Assembly: GCA_030141605.1 (NCBI GenBank) | Contig: JAQGDQ010000016.1 | Coordinates: forward strand, 1,056,282-1,120,281 | Reading direction: 5' to 3' | Length of the DNA stretch: 64,000 nucleotides | Source: Tubiluchus corallicola | Taxonomy: Eukaryota; Animalia; Priapulida | In this document: positions 1 to 26,600 of the stretch, piece by piece | How positions within the stretch are numbered: the first letter of the stretch is position 1 | How the letters are laid out: each line of letters starts with the position of its first letter | Notes under the pieces: generated by a model | What the model was told of the DNA's origin: nothing | Database searches by the model: none | What the model saw: the letters and a program-made list of their open reading frames with translations, nothing else | Program-made: the position numbers and the translations under genes

Positions 1-83
1 ACTTAGTTCAGTCAGAACAAGAATAAGAATAAGAATGAGGATAGGAACAAGAAAATGCGTTATGCCAATTTTTTACATTTCAG

Positions 84-13067
<12,984 letters not shown>

Positions 13068-13860
13068 ACAGATTAATTTTTGATGTAAACTGTCTGTGAT
13101 GAGATATGTAAATAAATTTTATTGTTCAGTAAAACAGTAGCTTTTAATTGGCTTTTTTCCTTTTTAACTTATTGTTCAAACTAGCGATATTATAATCAAT
13201 ATTGCACATGCAAAAGCATTAAAAGAACCTTTCTAAGATGATTAGCACTATTGGCACTAATTGGGAACTCTTCGCTCTCCGTTTACTAAATGTAGTGTTC
13301 GGCTAACTTCGTTTATTTTTAGATACAAATTGTCTCAAACAAGGCCATTAGCTACTCAGGGAAAGAGTTACAATAGGAGTGGAAATATGAGTACATTTCC
13401 AGAACAAAAGTATTCTTGTAAGTTGAAAGGGAAACAATTTTATAGCAGGAGGTTTCACTGATAACTTGTGCATACACAGTCCATTTGAAGAGTTCCACTA
13501 TTACCTGGTATAGACTGGAAAGCGAAGTTGACAAAGCACGCAGAAAAATATTATCATTGGTAGAGCATTCCAAGCTAACGGATATTCTTGAAAACTTTAG
13601 ATTTCCTTGGAAATCAAATCTCACAGTTTTCCGTCATCTGCAGAAGCTGTATTCCTCATATCTGTATAACCTCAAAGGCCTGTCTCCAAGAGGTGGATCT
13701 CGTGGGACTCATCGATACTTATAGCCCCTTTTTGCCCTTCATTCCAATGCAGAAATCGAAGTTTTAACAATGAGGAGATCATCCTTGTCAATGGCGGTTC
13801 CGATCTTTTAGAACTGGCGACCATTTCAAATACACTTGTGGGAAAATCACCAGTGTTATG

Positions 13861-13911
<51 letters not shown>

Positions 13912-14786
13912 ATGCGTGTGTCCAAAATCTTTCAACCAAGAGCTGTGTGTGTGCGTGCGTACGTGCGTGCGTGTGTATGTCCAAAATCTTTCAACCAAGA
14001 GCCGTTGAATTTAACAAAATTCACTAACTGGAATAGTCAATAGAGTGATATAATTCACAAGTACTGCTGAGATGAACTAATAGATCATGCGACTACAATA
14101 CTGCAAAACTATCCGCTTGTTACAGAATAATTTTTTCGAAAGCTCACAATGACTTGGTCAAACCTAACATTAAAATTTCGTCTTCTGTCTGGATCCTCAG
14201 GACTTTTTCTTCTGTCTTTTTGAATTGTCTTTCACAAAGCCAGTTCAGTCAAATTCTGTAGATGTTTCATGAAATCGCGCGTTTGTGTTTGAAGCAACCC
14301 TTCCCTATTCAGAATATGCTGGCCGACAGTATGGCTTCAAACAGTTCCATAAGATCAGAGAGTTATTCAACGTGTTGGGTTTTGCAAGGTTACACGTGTA
14401 TGATACAGATTTCTTGTGACGTATCAGCACGACGAATAGGCCACCAATACCAGGTAAGAATTAAACATTTTGTAAATTAATTTCTCCCAATTTTCATTTA
14501 CAGAATTTTGTAGTTTGTAAATTTTTGGAAAATTTGTTGATCGTGTTCACACTTATAAAAAAAGTTTTCATGAAATTATATATTCATTGCATTATAGCTA
14601 CTGTAGTCTCAGTGTATTTCAAGAAATTAAGATTACGTGTATTTTAGAAGTGAACTAAGTTTTACACCTAAATGTTAGTGGATTCTCACCTAGCATTAAC
14701 GATAACCTACCATTTCTCTAGTTAACGTGCATTGTAGAACAACTTTAAAAAACGTTTTTTATTTGCCATCTGACAAAAACGTTTTT

Positions 14787-17135
14787 AGTGTGCATGTCAC
14801 GTTTAATTTTAGGTTATTGAGGCAAACATCACTTAGACTAGTACAGCAGTTTTTATTCGTTAATTTATAAAAGAGGTATATTTAAACTTTAGTCAATTAT
14901 ATTCAAAACATTAACGCAGTTACGTACTTAAGGCCTAAACTAATTGTAAGAGAGAAATTTTTAGACGATGCCACTGCATACATAAACCATAGGGAATACA
15001 GTAATATCAAATTTAATTATCGTCTTTTTATTCAGATTTTCAATTTAGAATAAACACTTGGCACTCACGACCAAGTGGTCACTAAGCTAACTGTGTTAAA
15101 CCAATGACACACGGCCGCCAAAACACACAAACCCGCCGACGTCGGCCATGATAACTCTCCTTAACAGGGCTGTCTCTCCCATTAATGCAAACCAGGCAGT
15201 TGCGCAGGGCACCAAATTTTGGTTGGCGTCAAATTCTGGAAGTAATTATTTCATTTTGAAGTTTAGCTTAAGTAATAACATAGCGTATGTGTAATAACAT
15301 AGCTTAAGTAATAACATTGTGTATGTGTAATAACATAGCTTAAGTAATAAAATTGTGTATGTGTAATACCATAGCTTAAGTAATAACATTGTGTATGTGT
15401 AACATAGATTAAGTAATAGCATTGTGTATGTGTAGTAATATAGCTTAAGTAATAACATTGTGTATGTGTAATAACATAGCTTAAGTAATAACATTGTGTA
15501 TGTGTAATAATATAGCTTAAGTAATAACATTGTGTATGTGTAATAACATAGCTTAAGTAATAACATTGTGTATGTGTAATAATATAGCTTAAGTAATAAC
15601 ATAGCGTATGTGTAATAACATAGCTTAAGTAATAACATTGTGTATGTGTAATAATATAGCTTAAGTAATAACATAGCGTATGTGTAATAACATAGCTTAA
15701 GTAATAACATTGTGTATGTGTAATAATATAGTTTAAGTAATAACATTGTGTATGTGTAATAATATAGCTTAAGTAATAACATTGTGTATGTGTAATAACA
15801 TAGATTAAGTAATAACATTGTGTATGTGTAATAACATAGATTAAGTAATAACATTGTGTATGTGTAATAACATAGCTTAAGTAACAACATAGCGTATGTG
15901 TAATTCTTTAAGTGCGCAACACTAATCAAACGAAACGAACCATAATCTTTCTGTCGAAATGGATAATTCATCGATGCTAGGAAGTTAATTCCTACAGCAA
16001 AACACTTTCTAGTTTAGTTTTATTTGTATTTCTAAGATTACATCATTCCACTCAGACATTTCTTGCGCGTGATTTTGCAAGCATTTTCTATTCTATGCAT
16101 CGAGCAGCCTCGCTACGTAAGTGCTTATTGTAATGACCCTTACGTTAATAAACACTTCTTTCTATAGCATTTGTCTAATTATGCCAAATAAACTTACAAG
16201 AGTCGAAGTGTTTAGGAGCGGAATTATACAGGAAATGAAAAGCAAGAAAGCTAGCGGGTGACGGGTGGCGGGTGGCGACAATGAACAGCAGAAAGATTCG
16301 CCAGTGAAGCATTTGCAACAAAACCAGAGTTATGAAGCAGATGAAGCTAGTGAAATGGATGTACACGAAGAAAGAAGTTAAAGTTTCAAGGATTTCCTGA
16401 CGAATAGCTGAGGGAAAATCTAAACAAGAAGAGCTGAAATCACAGAAATTTGATTGCTCCTGTAATAGGGTTATAAAGTCAGTTTCAAATTTAGTCAACA
16501 CAATACAAGCTGTAGATAGGTAATTGACCACACTTAATTAGTTCACTATCACACATGCATAAGTCTAACACACAGGTACCATTATACTTTATTATAATAT
16601 CATACAAGAAAAATTCAAATTTGCTGATGCTGTGTGAACCGGGGTGGAAGGGGTTGACCGTTGTTCAAATTCCGTCAACACAGCACAAACTGTAGATCTA
16701 TCACACATGCATAAGCCTAACGCACAGGTAGCATTATACTTTACTATAATATTATACAAGAAAAATTCAATTTTGCGGGTGCTGTGTGGACCGTGGAAGG
16801 GGTTGACCGTTGAAGAGGGGGCGCTAAAACTAATTTTCCCTAAGGCCTACTAAGGAAAATTGTGTTAGCCATGACCCCTTAGATCTGAATAAAAAGACGA
16901 TACTTCAATTTGATATTACTGTACACCACATGGTTTATGTATGTATTTTAAATTTCTCTCATGCAATTAGCTTAGGTCTTAAGTACGTAATTGCGTTAAT
17001 GTTTCGAACAGACATCAAAAATAATTCACTAAGAGTTTAAATATACCTGTTTTATAAATTAATAAATAAATACTGCTGTACTAGTCCAAGTGATTTTTGC
17101 CTCTGTAATTTAAAATTAAACGTGATATGCACACT
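14787..17135. mobile_element. Foldback-like element with about 250-bp inverted terminal repeats
   Basis: 14787-15037 and 16883-17135 are diverged reverse complements (e.g. cattaacgcagttacgtacttaaggcctaaactaattg / caattagcttaggtcttaagtacgtaattgcgttaatg). No TSD found. Confidence 0.65.
15265..15903. repeat. 36-bp minisatellite, about 17 copies
   Basis: Unit tagcttaagtaataacattgtgtatgtgtaataaca. Confidence 0.95.
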
Positions 17136-19030
17136 CAGACTACCTAGAGCCCACCCTGCTCGTTAAATTATAGAAGCCATTGAAAAGATTCACACTTGTG
17201 AAACTACTAGCTGTTCGCGTCTGTAGTGTAATGTAACTACAAAAACTTATAAATTAAGTATCTTAGCGCATTATATCGTTGTATGTAAAAATGTCCTACC
17301 GAAGAGAGACACTGCCAGTTCAAGCATTTTTCGTTCTTTGATTTGATACAGTGAGTTATCATTGATAGACGGTGCTATACTTAATTTCTCTAAGGAAAAA
17401 GCCAGAAAGGCACTTAGTATATATGCTAAACAGTCCGTTCATCGCTTATGTTTTCCTTTATTGCTATTTTGATGATTGCTGTTCATTGCTAGTTTTGCTG
17501 CTAGCTAAAATACTCGTGTTTATCTAACTGTCTTTCATGTTTGGCATCAAAATTTCATCAATTGTTGGTTTTTTCCATCCTTAAAGGAAGACAGGGTGAT
17601 TTTTTTATATACCAGCCCATTTCAAGTCCGATAAAAGGGATACATTTTAACACAATTAATACCGCAAAAGTAGTTCTCATAATTAAATAATAGATTAAAA
17701 ATTTAATTAACGGCGGGCTAGCCCACCTATTGATGACATCACCAATTAACATAATTTTCAAAGGCAAAAATACTCCACTAGCTTGTTTGAACTGTTTGAA
17801 AAGTACAGTGGTATTCAGTGTGTTGTATCAAAGCAAGGCAAGTTTTAATATAAAAATTCAAATTTCAGAATAAGTGCTGTGCTCACGCATGAGCTGTCGA
17901 ATGTTTGTAGTTCGTCGCAAACTAACGCATCTGAACAGAGAGGCACAGCACCTGTTTTTTGTGCATTGCGTTTCTGAAATGCAGGCGCTAGTGCCCGTCT
18001 AGCTAACGAATGGCGAAATGCATGTAACAGCGAAGAACTAGTGGCGCGAACGTGAAATTGTATTTCTGGGGTATTAATTATTTCACGTAAGTCATTTTTG
18101 AAAAAAAGAGTATGTTTCCTTTCAATATTTTAAAGAGTAGATTGTTTTGACCTACAGTTTAAGATTAGGCCTGGTTTTACTTTAATAATAATAATCTTGA
18201 TTCTAGTTACTCAATTAAGTCATTAATTTTCCACAGAAATTTCAGGATCAAAATTGATGTTAATTGTTAGATTCACTCCAGTGTAAGAGGTCTAACAGTG
18301 GAAATGCTGAAATTAGTTTACCAAACAAAAAGAATGAACTTTGGGCTGCTTTAATCATTGGAAATAGGGAAATAGGGAGACAAAATCCAGGCTGTATCCC
18401 ATCTATTTTCAAATTTCCTGTCTCTGGGCTTTAGTATCAAAATTTAATTTACTGTATCTTTGTTCCATCATTCATGTTCTGTCATTGTTTTAATTTTGTC
18501 GGAAAAATTTATTTGACCCAACATCTTGGTCTGTGGATAGTTTTTTCCTAGAAACGGAGAAGGGTTTTTATGGGATATGAAAAAGGGTGGTTATATTTTC
18601 ACTGTTTGTGACGTTTTTCTGCCTAGACCCGAAGTCTCATTTTCATTTTCTTTTCGGGACTGTGCAGTGATTGTAAAATGCTTAGCAAGAAAAACATTTT
18701 TACGTTTTAATTTGGTTTTCCCACAAAAATAAATCTGTGTATACGAGTTACGTGCCTATTCCGACAGAACTATAACTACAATGTATTACCGGTTTATTTC
18801 CTAAACGCTATTTCGCCAACTTAAACATCGAAATTTTAAGTTTCGAAGTTTTACAAACGACGAGTAAAATCATCAGCAATACAAGTGCACTAATTCTCAG
18901 ATTATTTTCCCACTAAACTGTGAATTTTACTCTTGTTGTTGGAGTGTGTCCCATTCTTTTGTGCTTGCTAAACTATTTTGGGATAAATTGCGCTAAGCAT
19001 TCTTTCATGTAAGTCATTTTTGAAAAAAAA

Positions 19031-19268
19031 TAGTATGTGTCCTTTTAATATTTTAAAGAGTAGATTGTTTTGACCTACAGTTTAAGATTGGGTCCGGTTT
19101 TACTTTATATAGTATGTTTCCTTTCAATATTTTAAAGAGTAGATTGTTTTGACCTACAGTTTAAGATTGGGTCCGGTTTTACTTTATATAGTATGTTTCC
19201 TTTCAATATTTTAACGAGTAGATTGTTTTGACCTACAGTTTAAGATTGGGTCCGGTTTTTACTTTATA
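19031..19268. repeat. About 79-bp tandem repeat, 3 copies, plus a dispersed copy at about 18109-18185
   Basis: Unit tagtatgtttcctttcaatattttaaagagtagattgttttgacctacagtttaagattgggtccggttttactttata. Confidence 0.9.
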
Positions 19269-19398
19269 TTATACTTTATATATTTTACTTTAATTTATAA
19301 CACGGAATTATATAGAATAATTTTTGCTTGCATTACAATTTTTTTCTACTAATGATTGATAACTAACGATCATGAAAATACTCGATTATTTTTGCAGT

Positions 19399-20577
19399 AT
19401 GCAGGGGATAGGTGTTTGCCTGGTATTGGTATTACTGGCAGGACTATCATCTACTGAAACTCAGCCAGGTAAGTATTAATTTGGTTTCACATTTTAAATA
19501 CAGTTTGACGTCGGTTAGTTAAATTATTTCGCCATTATTAGGTGTAAGACATTAAGAAAATGAACATATCTGTATCTCTATAAGTTCAGCAGTTGTTTCA
19601 CTGATTGTTTGATTGGTTTTTTTCAACATGAAATTTTGACAGCAAATGTCTGGAGAATCTTAATTAACGCTGGCGCAATTTTTGGCAAATTCTTTTTTTC
19701 ATTTACGGTTTGTGTGGGATTTTGATAAAAGTAAATCAAATGTTATTGATATGAACCTTTGTTTCCGTGCCTGTGCCGTTAATGAAACACCATTGTTTAG
19801 TAGCCAAATTAGCGATGTTACTATGTTTTAAATGTGTTAATCAGAATTTAACAATCCATTGCGATTCCTTCCATCTACGATTAACAGCTATCTGTTGGTG
19901 AGCATAAACCGCAATCGTTTGTTAAATTCTTTGTTTTCACACTACAATCAAAGACTAATTATCCAAAACACCATATTATGGTTAGGTAATTAGTAATTAC
20001 AGTAAACAGTTAAGTGTAAGTAAACTAACAGTTCCCTTGGTTGGTGACCTAATATTATGCAATAATGAACGCTAATCCTAAAGAATTTTAAGATACTTTT
20101 CTTTCAACTCTTTTTTTTCATAACTAAACATACATGTTTATCCACTTTTGCTAGCTTCAAGCGGAAAATTAATTTTTTTTCTTCCTTTGACTCTAGGTCC
20201 TCATAATATTAATTTTAAATACGTAAAGGTTAAATTATTATTAAAAGATAGGCACGTGTGTCTCTTCTTTCCCATTATTGAACATTATTTTATTATAAAC
20301 TAACACATTCGTATAACGTTCAATTTTCATTCGTCTTAAATGCAAAATCTGATAATTTTTTATTATCTGATACATGCGCATTAACTAATTAATTATATTA
20401 GTAACAATTCTGAGAGGGTGGCTGACCTCGATGACTTATAGTTCTTTCGCCACCCTTTCACCACTAATCAATAATTACTTTTGCACTTTGTAATGTTGTA
20501 TTATTGTATGTTGTATAGATTTATAAATCTGTTAGTTATGTATTTTGCTATTTTAAAAATGGTGATAAACTAATAAA

Positions 20578-20623
<46 letters not shown>

Positions 20624-23600
20624 TACTCATGGGATTGAATTAAGAACGCCCGCGTTCACACGTGTCTGTGTTGTCTAGTCATTGGTTTGAATTCCAAAGG
20701 TTTCTGGTTCAAATATATTGTGTTCACTTTACCAATAACTGATAATCTCGAATTTAAACTTATAACTAATTAGCTAATTATTTTATTTAATTACTTTCCA
20801 GAAGTTCCAAGTCATCTTCATGACTACGATTCCTACGTGCGGTTCTGCTTTTACCCGGGGGAGGCAGCTCGACGTCCCGCGCCAGCCACGTTCTTACCAG
20901 AAGACATCGACCCCTCAACTTGCACGCACATCGTGTTTGGATACGCCACAATATTGGATAATGAGCTGACGGCCAAGTCAGAGTCAGATTTAGGTAAGTT
21001 GCTTGTTGCAAAGTGCTTTTGCCAATATGGTGTTATTGTTTACCATCCAAAGAAATTTCTGTGCTCATTGCGATGATGATGATGATTATGGCGACGACGA
21101 CAACGATGATGATTCAGCTTTAAGTAGAACAGACAAACAAAGCTGCAATGAGATTTTTTATTGCCCACGATAAATTACGAATTACAACTACATAACAGAG
21201 ATTAGTCACACAGGGCAACTACACGTAGCATTTTTTAATTTTTTTATATGACTGTCTTTCGTATCGAACACGCAACCTCCTGTACGGAGCTCGGACGTTT
21301 TACCTATCAGGCTACGCAGCCACTGTATTTGCCTAAGTGTTTGAAGAGAGACAGTACGACGTGACTATTAAACGAATACACAACATTGTCGTTCTGGCTA
21401 TTGAGATTGCAAGCTGAGGTAAAAAGGTATCGAGGTTTAGGGACTGAAGTCGTGGACACTGGGTAGTGGGTTTTGAGTTTAAACAGGTACTGTGGGTAGA
21501 AATACCAAAAAACGTCAGGTCTATTTTATACACTCCCGAAATACTTTTCAGATTGCACGCAAAGTGTTAAAATTACTTGAAGATCACCAGTCGAATATTC
21601 ATTCACGAAAAAAGGTTTATAAATAGAAGTAAATAAGTATAATCATTTTACTAGTTTTACAATCTGTTCACAAACCTACTAAATTGACAATATGATAAAA
21701 ATCATGGTTTTTTGGTTCTTTTCTTAGAGAAGCGGTACGAAATCTCGACTTCACACTTAATCGCATTTAGATATAGATCTAGTAACTAATTTAATCTACA
21801 GCCAAAGGGAAGAAATAAAATGAGGTCTGCAACATCTTGATGGCTCTGCTTGTTAAATGGTTTCAGCTTATCGTAGCCCCGAATGCACCACTCATATTTT
21901 ACGCCTAGCACACGAACGCAGCGCACCCTGTGCTTAACTCCCCAGCCTGTGGTATCATTGATGACTTTCTTTTCTGGCTAATTATCACATTGGACACAAT
22001 TCAATTCAATTCAATAATTTTTTATTTGGCTGATTTGCAACACAAAACATTAAACTATATACGTAATGATAGCAACAATGCGATAACAAAAACAGGTATG
22101 GTTTGAAAATTCTACAGAGTAGGATCGTGAACTTTCCAGACTCACCCCGAGACATGTCTTCTGTTCCTGAAATGGTAACTCGCGTAATTTCGTAACTTTG
22201 AAGCTCGTAGCTCTAATTTTAAATGCTTTTACTCACTTTCTGCATATAGTATTTTTTAGCACTTCTAGTTTTAGTCTAGGTAAATTTTAATTGTATGTTT
22301 TTGTGGCTTTTATGCTGAAATAAATAGTACAATGAATGGATCAATCATAAATCAATCATTCTGACATGCTCTTCTCCTCACTTCTTAGCTTAACAAACCC
22401 AAATGAGGTTCAGTTTTAGTTATTTCAATGGCAAATAAAAAAAATTGATTTAATTTTGCTTTAATTTTGTTGCGTTTTTCCAACTTTTTTGTTAAATGAT
22501 AAAGCACATAAAAATTGACGATATAAAACACATTGAAAAATCCCTGGTAAAGACCTACTTAACAATAACCAAGGTACACGGTGCAAGAAAGCAACAAACT
22601 GAACAAAGACCTGATCAAGTAAAAGTGCATTCAAAGCTGTGGTACAAGGAAAAAACCTAATGAAGCAATGAGTATTGAAGTAACTTTCCACAAATTTTAT
22701 ATTTTGTCAGAATTTCAAGAGGCCATTTATGCACTTTAACCCATGTCACAAAAATGATGTGTCGCATTCATTGTTAAACCAAATTTTGAGCTAAACGTTT
22801 TTTAAAACATCGTTATTGCATTGTTTAAGACGCTGGTTGGGCTTTAAATTGCTATTTGCAGTAATACCTAACTAAAAAATCCGTTTGCACTAACTGTTTC
22901 TGTCGAAGCATTTAATAAAATTCTTTTTTAGAATTGTTTCAGAGAATCCTGGCCCTAAAAAACCAAAATCCAGATCTGAAGGTACTGCTAGCAGTAGGCG
23001 GTTGGGCAGAAGGTTCACAGCGTTTCAGCAATATGGCGTGGTCTCTCAACTCACGTCTTACCTTTGTTAATTCTGTACTTCATTTCCTGAGACAATATGG
23101 TTTCGATGGACTAAATGTCGACTGGGAGTTTCCGGGCTACGAACGAAGAGGTGGACATCCTTCAGATAGAGACAATTTACCACTGCTCTTAGAGGTATTG
23201 ATATAAAAATATTAGTAGTATTTGACAGGCTATAACACTCTAACTGCTTTGCTCTTGAAATTCATCTTTTCAAGCATTTTAAAGCAGGTTGTTAGTTCTG
23301 CTAGTTGACCGTCGGTTCTTCGTGTCTATATGGTGTAGTTTTGGCTTGAACAAATTAATGCAAAGTGAGGACTCTTCTTACCCAATATCTCTGTGTCAAT
23401 TTTAAATTTATGTACAATTGTGTGTTTAATTTTTAGGAGCTTCACAAGATCTTTACGATGGAAGCCAAGTTTTCCGGCAACAATCAACTAATCTTGGCCA
23501 CCACGATACCGGGCGCTAAATACTGGATAGATTTGGGTTACGACATCCCGAAAATCTCTTCGTGCGTTTATAAATACGTTTCTTATTTTTGATGAAAATA

Positions 23601-26600
23601 ATTGGTACTAATAACGCTATTTAAAAGTTGAATTATCAGTGAATGATAAATTATTATGTAGAAGATAACCGCCCTGCAGGTCAAGTGACTAACCTCAAAA
23701 TTGTCCTTGAAATCTATCATCTACTACCATTAATCCTTGCAAAGCGCCTTGTGTAAAAAACATCTCTGGTTATTTGTGCTCAAAGAGAAAAAGCTTCTCA
23801 TAATATTCTTGATTTCTAAATGCAGGTTTAGTGATTATTTACCAATGATGACTTATCACCTTAATGGAATATGGAACAAACACGCTGGTCATGGAAGTCC
23901 TTTGCATCCTCACTCCTACGATGTGGACAAAACTGCGAATATTGTAAGTGAAGAGGTCGCCTTTGAAATATCTTTGTTTTTAGTAATTTCAGTTAAGTGT
24001 AAGACAACTTGGAAAATCACACACAAGCAAGGGCAGCATTTTTGTGTCATGTGTGTGAAAGGGATAAATTATTGGAAAATCACGGAAGCACTTTTGAGAC
24101 TAATAGCTATGAAGATGCGGTATGATCGTTTTCCTTAGATAACCTAGTAATCTTCCATGCCATATAGTGTTCCTTGGTTTTTAGGGTACTTGGATAACCT
24201 AATAATCTTCCATGCCATGTAGTGTTCCTTAGTTTTTAGTGTACTTGGATAACCTAATAATCTTCCATGCCATGTAGTGTTCCTTAGTTTTTAGTGTACT
24301 TAGATAATCTAATAATCTTCCATGCCATATAATGTTCCTTAGTTTTTAGTGTACTTAGATAACCTAATAATCTTCCATGCCATGTAGTGTTCCTTAGTTT
24401 TTAGGGTACTTAAATAACCTAGTAATCTTTCATGTCATATAGCGTTCCTTAGTTTTTAGTGTACTTAGATAATCTAATAATCTTCCATGCCATGTAATGT
24501 TCCTTAGTTTTTAGTGTACTTAGATAATCTAATAATCTTCCATGCCATGTAATGTTCCTTAGTTTTTAGCGTACTTAGATAATCTAATAATCTTCCATGC
24601 CATATAATGTTCTTTAGTTTTTAGTGTACTTAGATAATCTAATAATCTTCCATGCCATGTAGTGTTCCTTAGTTTTTAGTGTACTTAGATAATCTATTAA
24701 TCTTCCATGCCATGTAGTGTTGCTTAGTTTTTAGTGTACTTAGATAATCTAATAATCTTCCATGCCATGTAGTGTTCCTTAGTTTTTAGTGTATTTAGAT
24801 AATCTAATAATCTTCCATGCCATATAACGTTCCTTAGTTTTTAGTGTACTTAGACAATCTAATAATCTTCCATGCCATATAGCGTTCCTTAGTTTTTAGT
24901 GTACTTAGATAATTTAATAATCTTCCATGCCATATAGCGTTCCTTAGTTTTTAGTGTACTTAGATAACCTAAATCCTATTATCGTTGCTTTTTTTTAAGG
25001 AATTCATCGTCCAATATTGGATAAACCATGGAACGGATCCAAAGAAATTGCTGCTGGGAATTCCTCTTTTTGGACAGACTTACACTCTCCAAGACCCATC
25101 TGACCACATGTTAAATGCACCTATTGTAGGAAGTGGCAAGGCTGGACACATGTATCAACAGGAAGGAATGATGCCGTACTACGAGGTTTGTGCCCACAAA
25201 ACTTTGCTTGAGCTTATTCTTATTAAGATTTTCGGCTTCTTGTGGATTGGTAAACACCAATCTTATTACTGCTTAAGTGATAGATTTAGCCAACTGAACA
25301 ACTGATAATGCTTCTTGCGAATATTTTTTGAATGACTTACAGATCTACGTCTTCACTCATAATAAATGAATAAATTACGACAAAATTTGCAGATTATAAA
25401 GATTCGCAAATCTGTTTCGGAAAATTCACAAACATTTTAATGGTACCAATGTGCGGCATTTGTCACATTTGCAAATAAATAAAAATTGTGGTTTATTTCT
25501 ATTAATTTTAATGACTTGCATTACTTAAATCTTTTGTAGGTGTGTTCTGAAGTGATGCCAAGCTATGAAAGCTTTTGGGTTGAAGATCAGCTTGTTCCAT
25601 TTGCTTACAAAAATGACCAATGGATTGGCTACGAGGATTCAAGGAGTATTAGTGAAAAGGTAACAATCCTTTGCAGTATATTTGGACAAGTTCTAGAACT
25701 TCCATCACCAAACTTTCACTAATTTTTTTGTACGTATTGTTGACCACAGTTAGCATTCAACTGGTTACTGATCACCAACTTTTGTAATTTTTGCAACGCA
25801 TTTGCATGTTATCAACGGGCCTCATTTTTCCCTGACTGACAATAGGGTTCGTCTAACTAGTTTTTGTTTGTAGGTCAAGTATGTGATCGACAATCACCTT
25901 GGAGGCGTTATGGTCTGGGCATTAGGTTTTGATGATTTTAAAGGTCATTGTAATCATGGAAGGAATCCTCTGTTGACCACAATAAAAACAGAATTGCTGG
26001 AAGTGACACAGGTGACCTATGTAATCCACACAAAATCTTCAAATGTTTTACAGCAGTTGCCGCACAAGTATGAAACGGGTGCAGTAGAACCACATTATGC
26101 AACATCACATCACGGTGAGACGTACAGGCGTCATACTGTGCAACATCGGCGACACTACGTACAACATGTATCCCATCAGCAAGAAGGACAACACCCTGTT
26201 CATGGATATGATGAGCACCATGCCTACCATGGGCACAGTCGCAGTCGCAGAGTGGAGTCATCATATTCACGGCACGGGAATTATCACGATGCGTATCCTC
26301 ATCAAACACAAGGAAGTTACATACCATATCAAGAACACGAAATGATTCCCCACGAAACGTACAATTACGAAACATATCCACACAGAGATGCATATGAAGT
26401 CTACCCTAGCAACAGCTATCCTTATGACGCTCACAATTATGTAATATATCTGCCGGAGCAGTATGACGTGCACCCTCATCAAACACATGAGAATTACGGT
26501 GCATATTCAGCACATGGACAGTATGATGATTTCGAAGTACATCCTCGTGAAAGTTCTGAAATATATCCAGTAAACGAGCCGCATGCGTACCCTTATGAAA

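Noticed and set aside
15246-15971. 241-aa minus-strand ORF (LLLKLCYYTYTM)n
   Set aside because: Translation of a 36-bp minisatellite; no gene context.
24135-24970. Regular repeat arrays (also 15265-15903, 39908-40678, 42451-42857) as possible CRISPR arrays
   Set aside because: The units are contiguous with no unique spacers, there are no cas genes, and the context is eukaryotic.
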